Source: Lingula anatina (lineage: Eukaryota > Animalia > Brachiopoda). Taken from it: a DNA stretch of 64,000 bases. The DNA is taken from positions 23,746,001-23,810,000 of the forward strand of contig CM120646.1 in the NCBI GenBank assembly GCA_051362555.1, given 5' to 3'. Positions 26,283-39,276 of this stretch are shown one piece after another. The notes below the pieces were generated by a model. The model was not told the DNA's origin. It was given only the letters and a program-made list of their open reading frames with translations, and made no database searches. Numbering within the stretch: the stretch's first letter is position 1; the number at the start of each line of letters is the position of its first letter. Both the position numbers and the translations under genes were made by a program.

Positions 26283-26618
26283 AGGGATAATAACTCTTCG
26301 TATGAGATCTATATTTCACAATAAAAACATTGTGAATAACTCATAGAAATATAATATATTCTGTTTTACCACAAAAACGAGAGTTGTAGCTATTATTCTG
26401 ATATCTGAGCTTGTCTTTGGACCACGTGACCTCCATTGATGGCTATGCTCTGTTAAAATCTCTTAAGAGATTTTAACAAAAAACCAAACTTTTTAGAAAA
26501 AAACAGGGACTTACTTTGAATGTAAAAATGGATTCATTAACCATTGGTAAGTATGGGAAAATTGTTGTTTACTCCAGGAAAATTCATTTTTTGGCCGAAA
26601 CGAAGAGTTATTATCCCT
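26283..26618. mobile_element. Kolobok-like MITE, copy 2
   Basis: Perfect 19-bp TIR AGGGATAATAACTCTTCGT and TTAA TSD. Confidence 0.8.
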
Positions 26619-27146
26619 TTAAACTTAAAAATGGAGGGCTACGCTGGATCAAGTCCTCGTCAAAATTCTTTAAAGCTTTGCAGGAAAAATCTTCCCTCGT
26701 TTCTCTGGCTCCTTATTCAGCCCGATGTCCAAATCTTATATACATGTAGTACCCCCATGTTTGTTGGAGCTGCTCTTTGAAAATAACGTACAGGTAGATT
26801 TTTACCTGAGATAAATATCGCCAGCAAGAGTGCGCTCGATTCACTCAAGACAAAGGCTACCTGACAGTTGAAAGGCACACCAGGTAAAGGAATTTCCGAC
26901 AAGATGGATGAAAGGACTTCTAAATATAACTAGTATTGTTAACCTCAGTTCTAACACACGAGACGGGGTGTCAGAACAATGGTGCGCATACAATTTTTAC
27001 AGAGGATTTGTAAGTACAGTTGACTTTTACCTACAATCGAAGGGGATTTGCGCTTATATTCAGTGAAAAATACACTATATTTATGGAGAATTATATCATG
27101 GTTGGCCCCAAAAATTGTACGCACAGTGTATCCGTGCGTATGCCTG

Positions 27147-27294
27147 GGCCCCGTAACTCGAAAGCATCGCGTAATTGCAAATAGCGATATCACATAGAGG
27201 CTACAATGTATTACATGGGGCGAGAAATGGGCGAGTTAGGGAATAGAGACGCTTGCGCTCGGTCGCAATGCTGATGCTTTCGAGTTACGGGGTC
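27147..27294. mobile_element. Small MITE
   Basis: TIR GGCCCCGTAACTCGAAAGCATC / GATGCTTTCGAGTTACGGGGTC. Confidence 0.65.
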
Positions 27295-27396
27295 ATGGTT
27301 ACGCCCCTGAGCAAGCTGAGTTGCGGAGAACAGTGCATGTTTTACGGATGTATTGCGCATGTCATCCGCAACAATAATTTTGTGCAGCTCAATTAA

Positions 27397-30300
27397 CCCA
27401 TTACAGTGACGTCATATTTGCTCCGTAACACTCGTCCAGCGGCCATTCTGGAGGGAAAGAACGACGGGGAATAGTAGCGTAAATATAGGTGAACCAAATA
27501 AAATGAAATAATCTTCATATCGTGATCAAGTACACCAAAAGGAAAATAGTATATACATGTGAGAACTTCAGCTGATCAGCGTGATCGACCCATATTAACT
27601 CAAGACACGTGAAATCCTGACCTACCCCTGTATCCCAACATCGTGGAATGTTGTCAGAAGCTAGTTCAGTTATCTTGTACTTCATTTTTCTTGTTCATTG
27701 GGTAATAAAAGTTATAGTTTTAGAGTTAACTGTGTAATCATAAGTTCAACCTTTCATAGAAGCACCTTTGTACATAAAGGATAGATATAAGGAGAAATTT
27801 GAGCTGACTATCGGGATCAACCCTTACGGACTCAAAGAAGACAGTATGCAGGGTTGTGACAAGAAATATTGCTGTCAGATATGATTTAACTGTACATCAT
27901 GAAGCTGTCAGAAATTATTTCAGCATTCTTGTGCTTCATTTTGGTTCATTAGGAAGTATTTGTAACATGACTGTTGTTTGAGAGTTCAATATTTTACCAT
28001 GAATTCAACCATTCACAGTAGCAACATTGTTAGCATTTTATTATTAGTCCAGACCTTCACAGAAGCAATGTATTTTTCAAACTTATGACATTCAATGTAA
28101 CATATAACAACAAGTCAGTTCATGAATTGATCTTTATTTGATTGAAAATATAGGAAAATGCACATTTTGTATGGATAAAAGTAAACATAAAATGCAAAAC
28201 ACTGTTGCACATGTCAATGACAGATTATCAGGGTCCCTTTCCTTTTGGTTGATAACACTGACATGAAAAATATTTCCATACTTTTAATGATGCAATGCAA
28301 CATGTACATGAGCATACCAAGTCGAATCAAGCCACCATAATTTGAGAAACCTGTTTAGTATATTTTTAATCTATGTCTAGAGAAATGCTTGATTGAAGAC
28401 GCACAATTGATATGTGCTGTGTGGGTATGTACATATTAGGCCTTAGATGGTGTTACTAAGCAGTTTGTAATTTTATTTAGGAGAATTCCACAACTGGTGG
28501 TCACAATTTAAAAATGCACAACAGTGACAACCTACATGTACAACAGCCATCTGTTTCTGCATATCAGACCATCTGTGGGAGGTGCACTATACAAAATTTT
28601 ATATTTCTTGCAAACTTTTCCATTTAGCCTTTAAACATATGAGAAAGAAAAAAGTGTTTTCATTTCTTCTTGTGCTTCTGCTCACAATTCTAAATAAATA
28701 GAAAACCTGTCCTTGTTGTATGCAAGCTATCAGGATAACAACTTTAAAACAACAAATGAACAATGAAATAAATAAACAAAGATATAAGAATATTTTTTCG
28801 CTGCTTCTACCTTGTGTGTTATCTAGCTGCCTTTTGTACCTGTCACCTTTTTTTTCTTTTTTTTTTTTTTTTTTTGATAACCAAGATTTATTTGCACCCA
28901 ATCATTCAGTGTGGCTTGGTGGGAAAATTTCAGATCAATTTCCTAAATGTAAATTAACAAAAAAAGGTAACAATAGTTATTTTTATTCATATTGTAACTT
29001 GCATCATAATACAGTAGGAAAACACAGAATTCAACATTTTTCAAATTCATTTCATAAGTTCATTCAATTAAATGGTACCTGAGCTAGAATATATACTTAT
29101 AAAACAGATTTACTCTTAACACTACACTAAATCTAAAATCAAGCCACTAACTTCCAAATACACATGACACAGGTAATTGATTTAATTGGCCCAGCTGAGC
29201 TGTGTACATTCAAGAAGTTATAATGAGAAGGAGTAGAAACGGGACATCAATTATCTCTCTCGTCCAATCAGATCGCAGCATTCTTTTCAAAGCGGCGTCC
29301 TTTGAAATTCGATCCTCGTAACTGGTCTAATCCTCCGCTCGCCTCCGCGTGACTCAAGACGGAGAAGCTGAACCAGTGCGTATACGTCTTGATTTATTCA
29401 TGTTTAATGCGAATATTTGGAAGTTATACTTAGAAAAACGCCAAGTCGAGCGATATAAAGGTGAGTGAGAGTTGATAATCTGCTTTGAGCATTGTTTTAT
29501 GTTCATACGGTGGCTGTCAGTCAAATTTGTCAGAGGAGAAAGCAGCGTTAGCTCGAAGATCTGAGGCCGATTCAGCGGGACCTCCATGTTTAGGACTTTT
29601 TTCTTCTTAAGTGCGTGATGTATGCACATAATTTATGTTTTTCTGGTTAGTTAAGCTCATGCATCATTACAATACATCACTTTGGTATTAAATGAATCAA
29701 TCCTTTAGATGAAAAACATCGTTTCAAATAGACAACTTTTCATCGGACTTTTTCAAAATGGCGGGTCACAAGAGACAGTTGGGTGACAGTTTGGGACAAT
29801 TTTTGGTAATTTTAACGTGATGTATGCATATAATTTATGTTTTTCTGGTTAGTTAAGCACGTGCGCTATTACAATACATCATTGTGATATTAAATGAGTC
29901 AATCCTTTAGATGAAAAACATCGTTTCAAATAGACAACTTTTCATCCGACTTTTTCAAAATGGCGGGTCCCCAAATTGGTTAGAGACAGTTGGGTGACAG
30001 TTTGGGACAATTTTTGGTAATTTTAACGTGGTGTATGCAGATAATTTATGTTTTTCTGGTTAGTTAAGGACGTGCATCATTACAATACATCACTTTGGTA
30101 TTAAATGAATCAACCCTTTAGATGAAAAACATCGTTTCAAATAAACAACTTTTCATGGGACTTTTTCAAAATGGTGGGTCCAAAATTTGATGACAGGGAA
30201 CTCTCGGAATTTTTTTTCAATTTTTTATTGCAATATGATGTTTGCAGAGTTTCGTTTAGGATATAGAGTTATATTTTGTAATGAATTCCGCACTTACTCA

Positions 30301-32057
30301 TTTCAGGTTGAAGAGAATGCAGGTGAAAGATCTTTAGTTTTGCTGGCAAAATGATTGTTTCCAGCAGCAACTTGATGAGGCACAAGGCTCTGTTTTCTTA
30401 CCACCACTAATATTAAACTATAGTGCACAAGAGGTGCAAGTTTTAAAAGGGAATTTAGTGGTCCGAGTTTTAAAAGGGAATTTAGTGTTCACTGGCTAAT
30501 TGTCTAAAGTTTAAAATAAAATAATCACCACATCAAAATAAAAACTAACCATTTTTGTATTGCTTTAATCACTGTTGGGTGTAACAATATTGATATATTT
30601 TCATTGCTGGTACTTTGTTTTAGATATTATACAAGTTGCTCGAATGTTGAAATAAAGCAATATCAATCAATAAAAATATTTCTTTGATTTTTTCTTCTAA
30701 TGAATTTAAACTATCAGTCTACTATTAGTTGGCCTCATGTAATAGACAAAGATATAAACAAAAATATGTAATAATGAAATTTTATTTAGAATCGTACTAA
30801 GTGCAATAACTTATTTTCATTTCCCCAATTTTCCTGTTTAAGCTCTACCTGGTATATAAGCAATAATGTGCCAAAAAAGAAAGAAACGAGGCTGGCATAC
30901 GGAAATTGCAAGTACTACTGTTTTGTGTACACGGCTGTGAATTGAATGTGTCATTCCTAGATGAAGGTAAATTTCCTTTACACGACAAAAATAATTTAAA
31001 ATAAATATGAGACTTCTACAGGTGCAAATTTTAGCTTTGAAGGTGGGTTTGTGAAATCGTTCTCATACATTCTTGATGTGAAACTAATTTTTGTATAACT
31101 GATCGGCTCTAGATCAAATGAAGGTGTATCTTGCATGATTTGAGTTTTATTTCCCGAAATGGTTGCGTCCAGGCTTGAAATCTCTCTCTACACCTTTCTG
31201 TAATCCCACCATGTTTTCTCTGTGAGATTATTAGAGACTTCGCGAGGCTTTATCCCAATTGGCTGAAGCAACCCACATGAACGGTCTTTTGAATATGTAT
31301 TAGGCACAAGCTCTCCCTAAGACCACAAGCTGGGTAATTATTAGGATTAAGCCCGTTACGAGGATAGGATGAAGGGAAACCCCTTGTTTCTACTCCTTCT
31401 CATTATAACTTCTTGGTACATTGTACTGTAGCCTTGACACTAATTGACAATAATGCTAACCAGGTATTAAAGAGGTAGATGACAGCAGATAAAATCCAAA
31501 GAGCACCATAACTGATAACAAATTACACCCAAGGCAATAAGTGAGTCTTCATAATGAAAGTCGAAACCCTGCCTGGGTATTTCCACACGTTTTTACAACA
31601 CACTCTCCACCAAGACTTTTTGGGCACTACTAATATGCAGTGTACGTGCGCTCATATCTTATACACCTCGGTCATTGGTTTTCTACTTTTTTTCTTTTAT
31701 GGTAAAGGCTGCACAGCTGGGTCTTCATTCTTTGCTGTAAAATAAATTAGTTTTATCCTTTACTTGTCCGATGAGTCTTGATTCAAAGCCACTCCTCAGT
31801 CTCTCCTCCGTTTACGGTTTTCGTCCCTACACCTTGGATTGTTACCACTGCAGGCAGTCTGTGAACGCTTGTTAAGTTATTTATCTTCTCTCTATCATAT
31901 ACCCTGCAGTAATTCATCATTTTACTCGGTTTAGTATAAAAAAAACACAGAAATTAAATGCTAAATTGTACATGTAGACATGATCATGCGCAGCAGACGA
32001 TTCCGGTCTCCCTCCAGTATGGCTGCCGTTTGTTTTGATGACGAGGGCTACAATGGG
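27397..32057. mobile_element. piggyBac-like non-autonomous element, copy 1 (with nested P-like element)
   Basis: TTAA-CCCATTACAG ... CTACAATGGG-TTAA; colinear with 35247-37851. Confidence 0.8.
29211..31415. mobile_element. P-element-like non-autonomous transposon
   Basis: Perfect 30-bp TIR CAAGAAGTTATAATGAGAAGGAGTAGAAAC and 7-bp TSD GTACATT. Three ~200-bp internal tandem units at ~29610-30180. Confidence 0.8.
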
Positions 32058-32344
32058 TTAATAGATGCAGCACTATTTTAATTTTCAAAGGAGTTGAGGA
32101 AACTTTGCTGATGAAATGACCACTGCCCCAACATTGTAAATATTATCATTATGTATTTGTATTTGTTGCTGGAATTCATAAGTTTAAAACAAGAGCTTTC
32201 ACTTTCAGCAACCCGGCTTAGCTTTGAGCGTTTCCATTACTTAGCTAGTATACATGTATAAAAGGAGTATGCTTTATTTACACGAAACAACATTCACATA
32301 CCATTCATAATCAAGTGTTTTTTAGAATTTTTTCAGAATACGTC

Positions 32345-35028
32345 ATGCCAGTGAACATTCGAGCGTTTCTAAAATTCCTCAGAAAACATGGAGTTATTTT
32401 ACTAGTCTTAACCACGGCTGCGAGTCTTTTTTTTTTTATTAACTGTCAGAATATAGAAAACCAGAACTTTAAGGGACAGTCTGTCGACCCTAAGGAGAAC
32501 AAAGAATGCATTTGCAATTGCAGTTGCAGTTGCAGTTGCGGTTACAGTAACGATATTGCTTGCATTGCAACTGTAGGCCTAACTCTTCTAATTGAGCACG
32601 GAATATCTTTTTTGGTTTCGCAACTTACCATTATATTTGCCACCGACCGTCCACACAGCAATCAATCAAGTCGGTCTGCTGACCATGAGAAGTCCAATGT
32701 ACCTTTTCGTATAAGGAAGTATGGTAGCAAAGTGTTGCTCGGGATTTCGAATTTTACCCATATGTTAGCCATTCATCTTTATCCAAGTATAGAAAACTGC
32801 GTGCCATCAACTTTGATGACAACGGTAAACGAAGCCATGGCTGCAAGTAAACCGAATGCGTTATTCCCACATACCAGAGTAAAAGAAGTCGATGAGGAAT
32901 CAGAATCAAGTTACACGACGTGCAATGATGCATTACCTCCAGTCGAAGAATCAGCAATTCATATCCCTCAGTTGGATGATTCGAATCCAGAACCGATGAA
33001 AGAAGGTCCGATTTGGCCTACTAAATTTCCAGAGAAAGTCTCTGTTAGCTCCGGAGAGCACAGCAGTGTCTCCAGCAGTACCACTGACCCTACAGGAGAT
33101 TACCTCAGTGATAGCACTGCCTCTCTCGCTGGTTCAGCAGCTAATCATTGTGACGGCACAGAAGCAGGCAAAGCAATTGTTTATATATATGTGTTTGAAG
33201 GAAATTGCTGTGCTAATTATTCTTTTTTATTAGATAAATGTTGTTAGTTCAGTGAGTTCTGAAAACATTACTTATATGACAAACAGTTTTTTAACAGTTT
33301 TAACACACAAAACACTAAACAGTCGTAATTTTAATTTTTTCTAGCGATAATTGAACTGAATGTTGACAAACTGATGCTGCTGTTGTAAAAGACAACTATC
33401 AAGTTGGTATTTCTTTTTAGGAATAAATCGCAACCCTAGTGAAGGCAACACCACAGGTCTCAAAATTTGGCACAGTACGCTTTCACTTGCCAGTACATAC
33501 TCTGAACCCAATGAGAAAAAAGGCACAAGATGGGGCTTTACCCTCATCTTTAATATGATTAACTTCTCTAAGGAAGGGTTGAAACGCAGAGATGGAGCTG
33601 AATATGATGATGGTAAATAAAACCTGTCGCAATTACCGTTTCTAAGTATTTATTTTTTCAATAAACATATTATCATCATTATACTTTTTAACGCCTACTT
33701 TGCCAGAAAGATAAAGCAGAGGAACCTTATTTGATGGAACTTCATGTACTTTTTCGAATATTTTGTTTCAACATTTTTGTGGTATTGAAAAGGAGCTAAC
33801 ACAAATTTTTTTCACAATCGCTTTATCGCAAATATGTGTCTACTTTTAGAGTTTATAGTGAAAACCCTTACCGAGCTTGGGTCAGTTGTTGAAATGTACA
33901 GGGACATGTCCAAAATGGAGTTATTGAAAAAGCTGGATGAGTATTCTAAGAAAGACCATTCTGAAAACTGTTACTTCACATGTTTCATCATGTCTCACGG
34001 ATCGGAGGAAGGAATTTACTGTTCAGATGGGGAACTTGTGTCTTTGTCGGACGCCATGCACCCATTTTGCAAAAAGGAATGTCCATCACTAAAAAACAAG
34101 CCGAAAATATTCGTCATCGACGCCTGCCTTGGTGACAAGGAGCAGTGTAAGCATCTCAATCTAAACTTTTATATCGCTAAGGATATCTTTATCAGATATA
34201 AAGATCGGGTACTGGTGGTAAAATCGCATAGATGTTAGGCCTTCCTCTAATTTGCTAATTTCAAGAACGTTTTTGCTCTTTAAATTTGTATCAATTGATA
34301 CAAAGGATATTGTTTCAAAAATTTTATATAAATATTTCAGAGAAAATTTCACTGAGTGAGAGATCAAGTGTGGTGCTTGTTTTTATCCTTCCTGTATGTT
34401 TCAATAGAAATGTTACGTGGTTTTTAAAAGTTATATTATTGAATGTTGAAAAAAACTCCTTTTGCAATTGTTAACAAATTTTAGGTCTGAAAATGCAAAA
34501 CAAAAGATCCTTCGTCTACAGGTGTATACAAAATGTGCTATTTGATCACTCCATTTCCTAATCTCATATGGGCCGTAACCATCAAAGTTTGCTCTAGTAA
34601 CTAAGTTGTCAAACTTTCACATTTTCTGCCTCATACTTCTCTGTGGTTTATATGCAATTGTTTGTCCTGTATTTTCAGCGCCGTTATCTCAGTCAAAGGT
34701 CTGGGATTCAGGAATCAGCGGCTTAAGCTCCACAAATGACAGAGTTATCGGACCCCAAGAGGAAGACTTTTTGATCCTTTATACAACGGTTCCTGGTCAT
34801 GTCTCCTATAGATATGATGTGGGTTCACCGGCGGTCACCCAGTTTTGCCAACACCTCAAACGTAACGCAGGGAAGACGGGAGATAAAAGGATTCCTCTCA
34901 TTTCGGTGATTCAAAAGTTGACTAGAAGTATGAGCTCAAAGGACTGCCATATTAAACAAATCCCATGCGTTGTTAACACAACGAGACGGAATATTTACCT
35001 GGCCTCAAAACGTGAAACGGAAGTTTGA
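32345..35028 (+). CDS. Caspase-family protease with N-terminal transmembrane segments (~553 aa, 4 coding exons)
   Basis: Exons 32345-33167 (GC donor), 33421-33612, 33850-34146, 34679-35028 join in frame. Motifs: WGFTLIFNMINF..KRRDGAEYD, CFIMSHG, KPKIFVIDACLG, EDFLILYTTVPGHVSYR..GS, KQIP. Confidence 0.85.
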
Positions 35029-35246
35029 TTCAATTGATAAATAATACAATGAACATTTGAATTATCTTCTGGTTTTGGAGATAATATAAGGTCCAATAAG
35101 TAAATAAAGCTAAAATTATCAGAAACAATATTGTCGAAAAAGAAATAATTGAACTGTGTGCCCTTTTCATTTGGACTAGATTTTAGGACAATGAGATCCA
35201 TGTGAGCTTAAATTAAAACGCCAACATTGCTTTCCAATGATATTAA

Positions 35247-36816
35247 CCCATTACAGTGACGTCATATTTGCTCCGTAACACTGGTCCAGCAGCCATGCTG
35301 GAGGGAAAGAACGACGGGGATTAGTAGCGTAAATATAGGTAAACCAAATGAAATAAACTAAAATTCATATCGCGATCAAGTACACCAAAAGGAAAAGTGT
35401 GTATACATGTGAAAACTACAGCTGATCAGCGGGATCGACCCATATAAACTCAGGACAGTCCAAAGACAAGGAATCCTGACTTATCCCAACATCGTGGAAT
35501 TGTCAGAAGCTAGTTCAGTTATCATGACTTCATTTTTCTTGTTCACTGGATAATAACAGTTATAGTTTTAGAAAGTTTAATGTGTTATCATAAGTTCAAC
35601 CTTTCATAGAAGCAACTTTTTACATAAAGGATAGATGTAAGGAGAAATTTGAGCTGACCATTGGGATCAACCCTTTAGGACTCAAAGAAGACAGTATGCA
35701 GGGTTGTCTTATAACAAGAAATATTGCTGTCAGATATGATTTAACTTAACATCATGAAGATGTCAGAAATTATTTCAGCATTCTTGTACTTTATTTTAGT
35801 TCATTAGGAAGTACATCTAACATGACTGTTGTTTGAGAGTTCAATATTTTATTATGAATTCAACCATTCACATTAGCATCATTGTTAGCATTTATTATTA
35901 GTCCAGACATTCATAGAAGCAAGGCATTTTTCAAACTTATTAATTTATGATATCCAATGTAGCTTAACAACAAGTCAGTTCATGAATTGATCTTCATTTG
36001 ATTAAAAATATAGGAAAATGCACATTTTGTATGAATAAAAGTAAACATAAAATGCAAAACATTGTTGACATTATTGCACAATTCAATGACAGATTATCAG
36101 GGTCCCTTTCCTTTCAGTTGATAACACTGACATGAAAAATATTTCCATACTTTTAATGATGCAATGCAACATGTACATGAGCATAATTATTAAGTCGAAT
36201 CAAGTCACCATAATCTGAGAAACCTGTCTGGTATATTTTTATCTATGTCTAGAGAAATGCTTGATTGAAGACTCACAATTGATATGTGCTGTGTGCAATA
36301 ATTGTGTGTAGGTATGTACATATAAGTCCTTAGATGGTGTTACTAAGCAGTTTGTAATTTCATTTAGGAGAATTCCACAACTGGTGGTCACAATTTATAA
36401 AATGCGCAACCTACAAGAGCTAAATCTTTTCTTGATACAGGACAGCCATCTGTTTCTGCATATCAGACCATCTGTGAGAAGTGCACCATGCCAAGTATTA
36501 TGTGTCTTGCAAACTTTTCCATTTACCCTTTAAAAATATGAGAAAAAAAAGTGTTTTCATTTCTTCTTGTGCTTCTGCTCACAATTCTAAATAAATGGAA
36601 CACCTATCCTTGTTGTATGCAAGCTATCAGGATAACAACTTTAAAATGACAAATGAACAATTAAATAAACAAACAAATCCAATTAAATAACTCTTGTCAT
36701 GCACTGAATTTCACTCTCCTGATGTTCAGATCCTCAGCTGGTCACAAAGATACAAGAATATTCTTTCGCTGATTCTACCTTGTGTGCCATCTAGCTGCCT
36801 GTTGTACCTGTCACCC

Positions 36817-36874
<58 letters not shown>

Positions 36875-37851
36875 TCAAGATTTACTTGCACCCAATCATT
36901 CAGTGTGGCTTGGTGGGAAAATGCCAGATCGATTTCCTTAATGTAAATTAACAAAAAAAGATAACAATAGTTATTTTTATTCATATTGTAACTTTAAATA
37001 CAGTAGGAAAACACAGAATTTAACAATTTTCAAATTCATTTCATTAAGTTATATGTCAATTAAATGATACCTGAGCTAGAATATACTTACAAAACAGATT
37101 TACTCTTAACACTACACCAAATCTAAAATCAAGCCACTAACGTCCAAATACACATGACACAGGTAATTGATTTAATTGGCCCAGCTGAGCTGTGTACAAA
37201 TGTACATTGTACTGTAGCCTTGACACTAATTGACAATAATGCTAACCAGGTATTAAAGAGGTCGATGACAGCAGATAAAATCCGAAGAGCACCATAACTG
37301 ATAATAAATTACACCCAAGGCAATGAAGTGAGTCTTCATAATGAAAGTCGAAAACTTGCCTGGGTATTTCCACACGTTTTTACAACACACTCTCCACCCA
37401 AACTTTTTGGGCACTAGTAACATGCAGTGTACGTGCGCTCCAAACTTATGCACCTCGGTCTTTGGTTTTCTACTGTTTTTTTTTCTTTTATGGTAAAGGC
37501 TGCACAGCTGGGTCTTCATTCTTTGCTGTAAAATAAATTAGTTTTATCCTTTACTTGTCCGATGAGTCTTGATTCAAAGCCACTCCTCGGCCTCTCCTCC
37601 GTTTACGATTTTCGTCCCTACACCTTGGATTGTTACCACTGCAGGCAGTCTGTGAACGCTTGTTAAGTTATTTATCTTCTCTCTATCATATACCCTGCAG
37701 TAATTCATCATTTTACTCGGTTTGATATCAAAGAAAACACAAATAAAATACTAAATTGTACATGTAGACATGATCATGCATGCGCAGCAGACGATTCCGG
37801 TCTCCCTCCAGTATGGCTGCCGTTTGTTTTGATGACGAGGGCTACAATGGG
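35247..37851. mobile_element. piggyBac-like non-autonomous element, copy 2
   Basis: TTAA-CCCATTACAG ... CTACAATGGG-TTAA; direct-orientation homolog of copy 1 without the nested insertion. Confidence 0.8.
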
Positions 37852-38017
37852 TTAATTGGGAAAACTAAAACTGAAATTGATCTGCGCACTGTAACATTTG
37901 GTCAGTTGAAAGCAATTAAATCCGCAGATGGTATTGTACCCGCTCTGAGAGAGCTACAGGAAATTTCTCAGTTTACTTCAATCTGAAATAACAAGCTATT
38001 TGAAAGGGGTTATTTTT

Positions 38018-38720
38018 ATAATAATAATAATAAGTTTATTGAGCACTAAATGATGTGAATACATTTGCAGGCTCTCTAGACTACAATATTTACACAATAT
38101 ATATGGATATACAATTTATGGGGCTATTTGTCACAAAAGACCAAGTGATTAAAATCAGAGGAATTAACTGTCTTCATTGTTGTCAGGGGGACTTAGCAGT
38201 GCATAGTTAAGTGGCACTTCCGGAGTAGTTATACAAACAACTACCAGTCATGTTATCAACCTACTCCCAGTACATATTTCACCACAGGGTCACAGCTAGG
38301 AGTTAAATTCACAGACATGATGGTGGTATATTTGATACATTATGGGTGCGGTAAAGAGGAGATATGTGTGGATGTGAGGATGGTGGCGGGGTTTAGGTGT
38401 AGAAAGATAGGCGTACTTTCAGTTGACATGAGTCTAGTCATGTGACAGATAAGGGAGGTGAGATACCAAGTATTTTATTGGATATGAAAATATGACTATC
38501 AGCCTTGTTATCGGAGGACAATGGATGGGGATAATATAGCCTATATAGTGTCAGTGGGCAGGAGTCTGAACGGAGAAGTTACGTTCAGTGTAGGCTTTAG
38601 CGTTTATCCCCTGAGGTTAACAGTTTATAAGATGATAAAGCCATGTTATTGGGTCTAAAGCAGGTGTCCTAACTTGTTGTGGTTGAATCCGACAAGTGCA
38701 CTACCAGCAAGTGTTTTTTA
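38018..38720 (-). mobile_element. Degenerate LINE-like 3' fragment
   Basis: Minus strand ends in AATAAAC(TTA)n; upstream extent uncertain and no clean ORF. Confidence 0.3.
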
Positions 38721-39084
38721 ATAGTTTTCAGACCGGACGCCAAAAACTAGGTATGTTGAGATTGCCATCTGATTACGTTTTGATCCACCGATTTAATTCT
38801 ACTACCATTTGTGATTGGGTTCTTTGCCCGATAATTCTTCAATTGAAAATTGGTTTCTCTTGTTTTTTTCCTTTCTACAGCGAAAGTGAATTTTCTTTTT
38901 CATTTGCTCAAAAAAAAAAAAAAAAAAAAAAAAAAATGAATTAAAAATGGGTGCTTTGCATTGCCATTGTCTCAGTTTTTTTCAGGTGTGGTTATGACTC
39001 AAATTTTTCAAAGGGGAAAATAATTAATACTTCATATAATTAATTTTGGAATAAACCAACAAAGGGACAATTCTGACATATATT

Positions 39085-39276
39085 TGGATCGATCTGTCTC
39101 CCTGGGGAGTCTCACTAAATTGTTAACTTAACAGGATTAAATGTCTGTCACGCCTAGTAAAGCTGTTGGGAGGTAATTATCATTACCCCCTAGCTGAGTC
39201 GGTAGGCGTGACAGACATTTAGGCCGGCAAGTTGATAGCAATTTAGTGAGACTCCCCAGGGAGTTAGACCGATCCA
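39085..39276. mobile_element. Palindromic MITE (related copy at 45554-45688 in a COG8 intron)
   Basis: CCCTGGGGAGTCTCACTAAATTG / CAATTTAGTGAGACTCCCCAGGG arms and AAATGTCTGTCACGCCTA / TAGGCGTGACAGACATTT inner arms. Confidence 0.7.
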
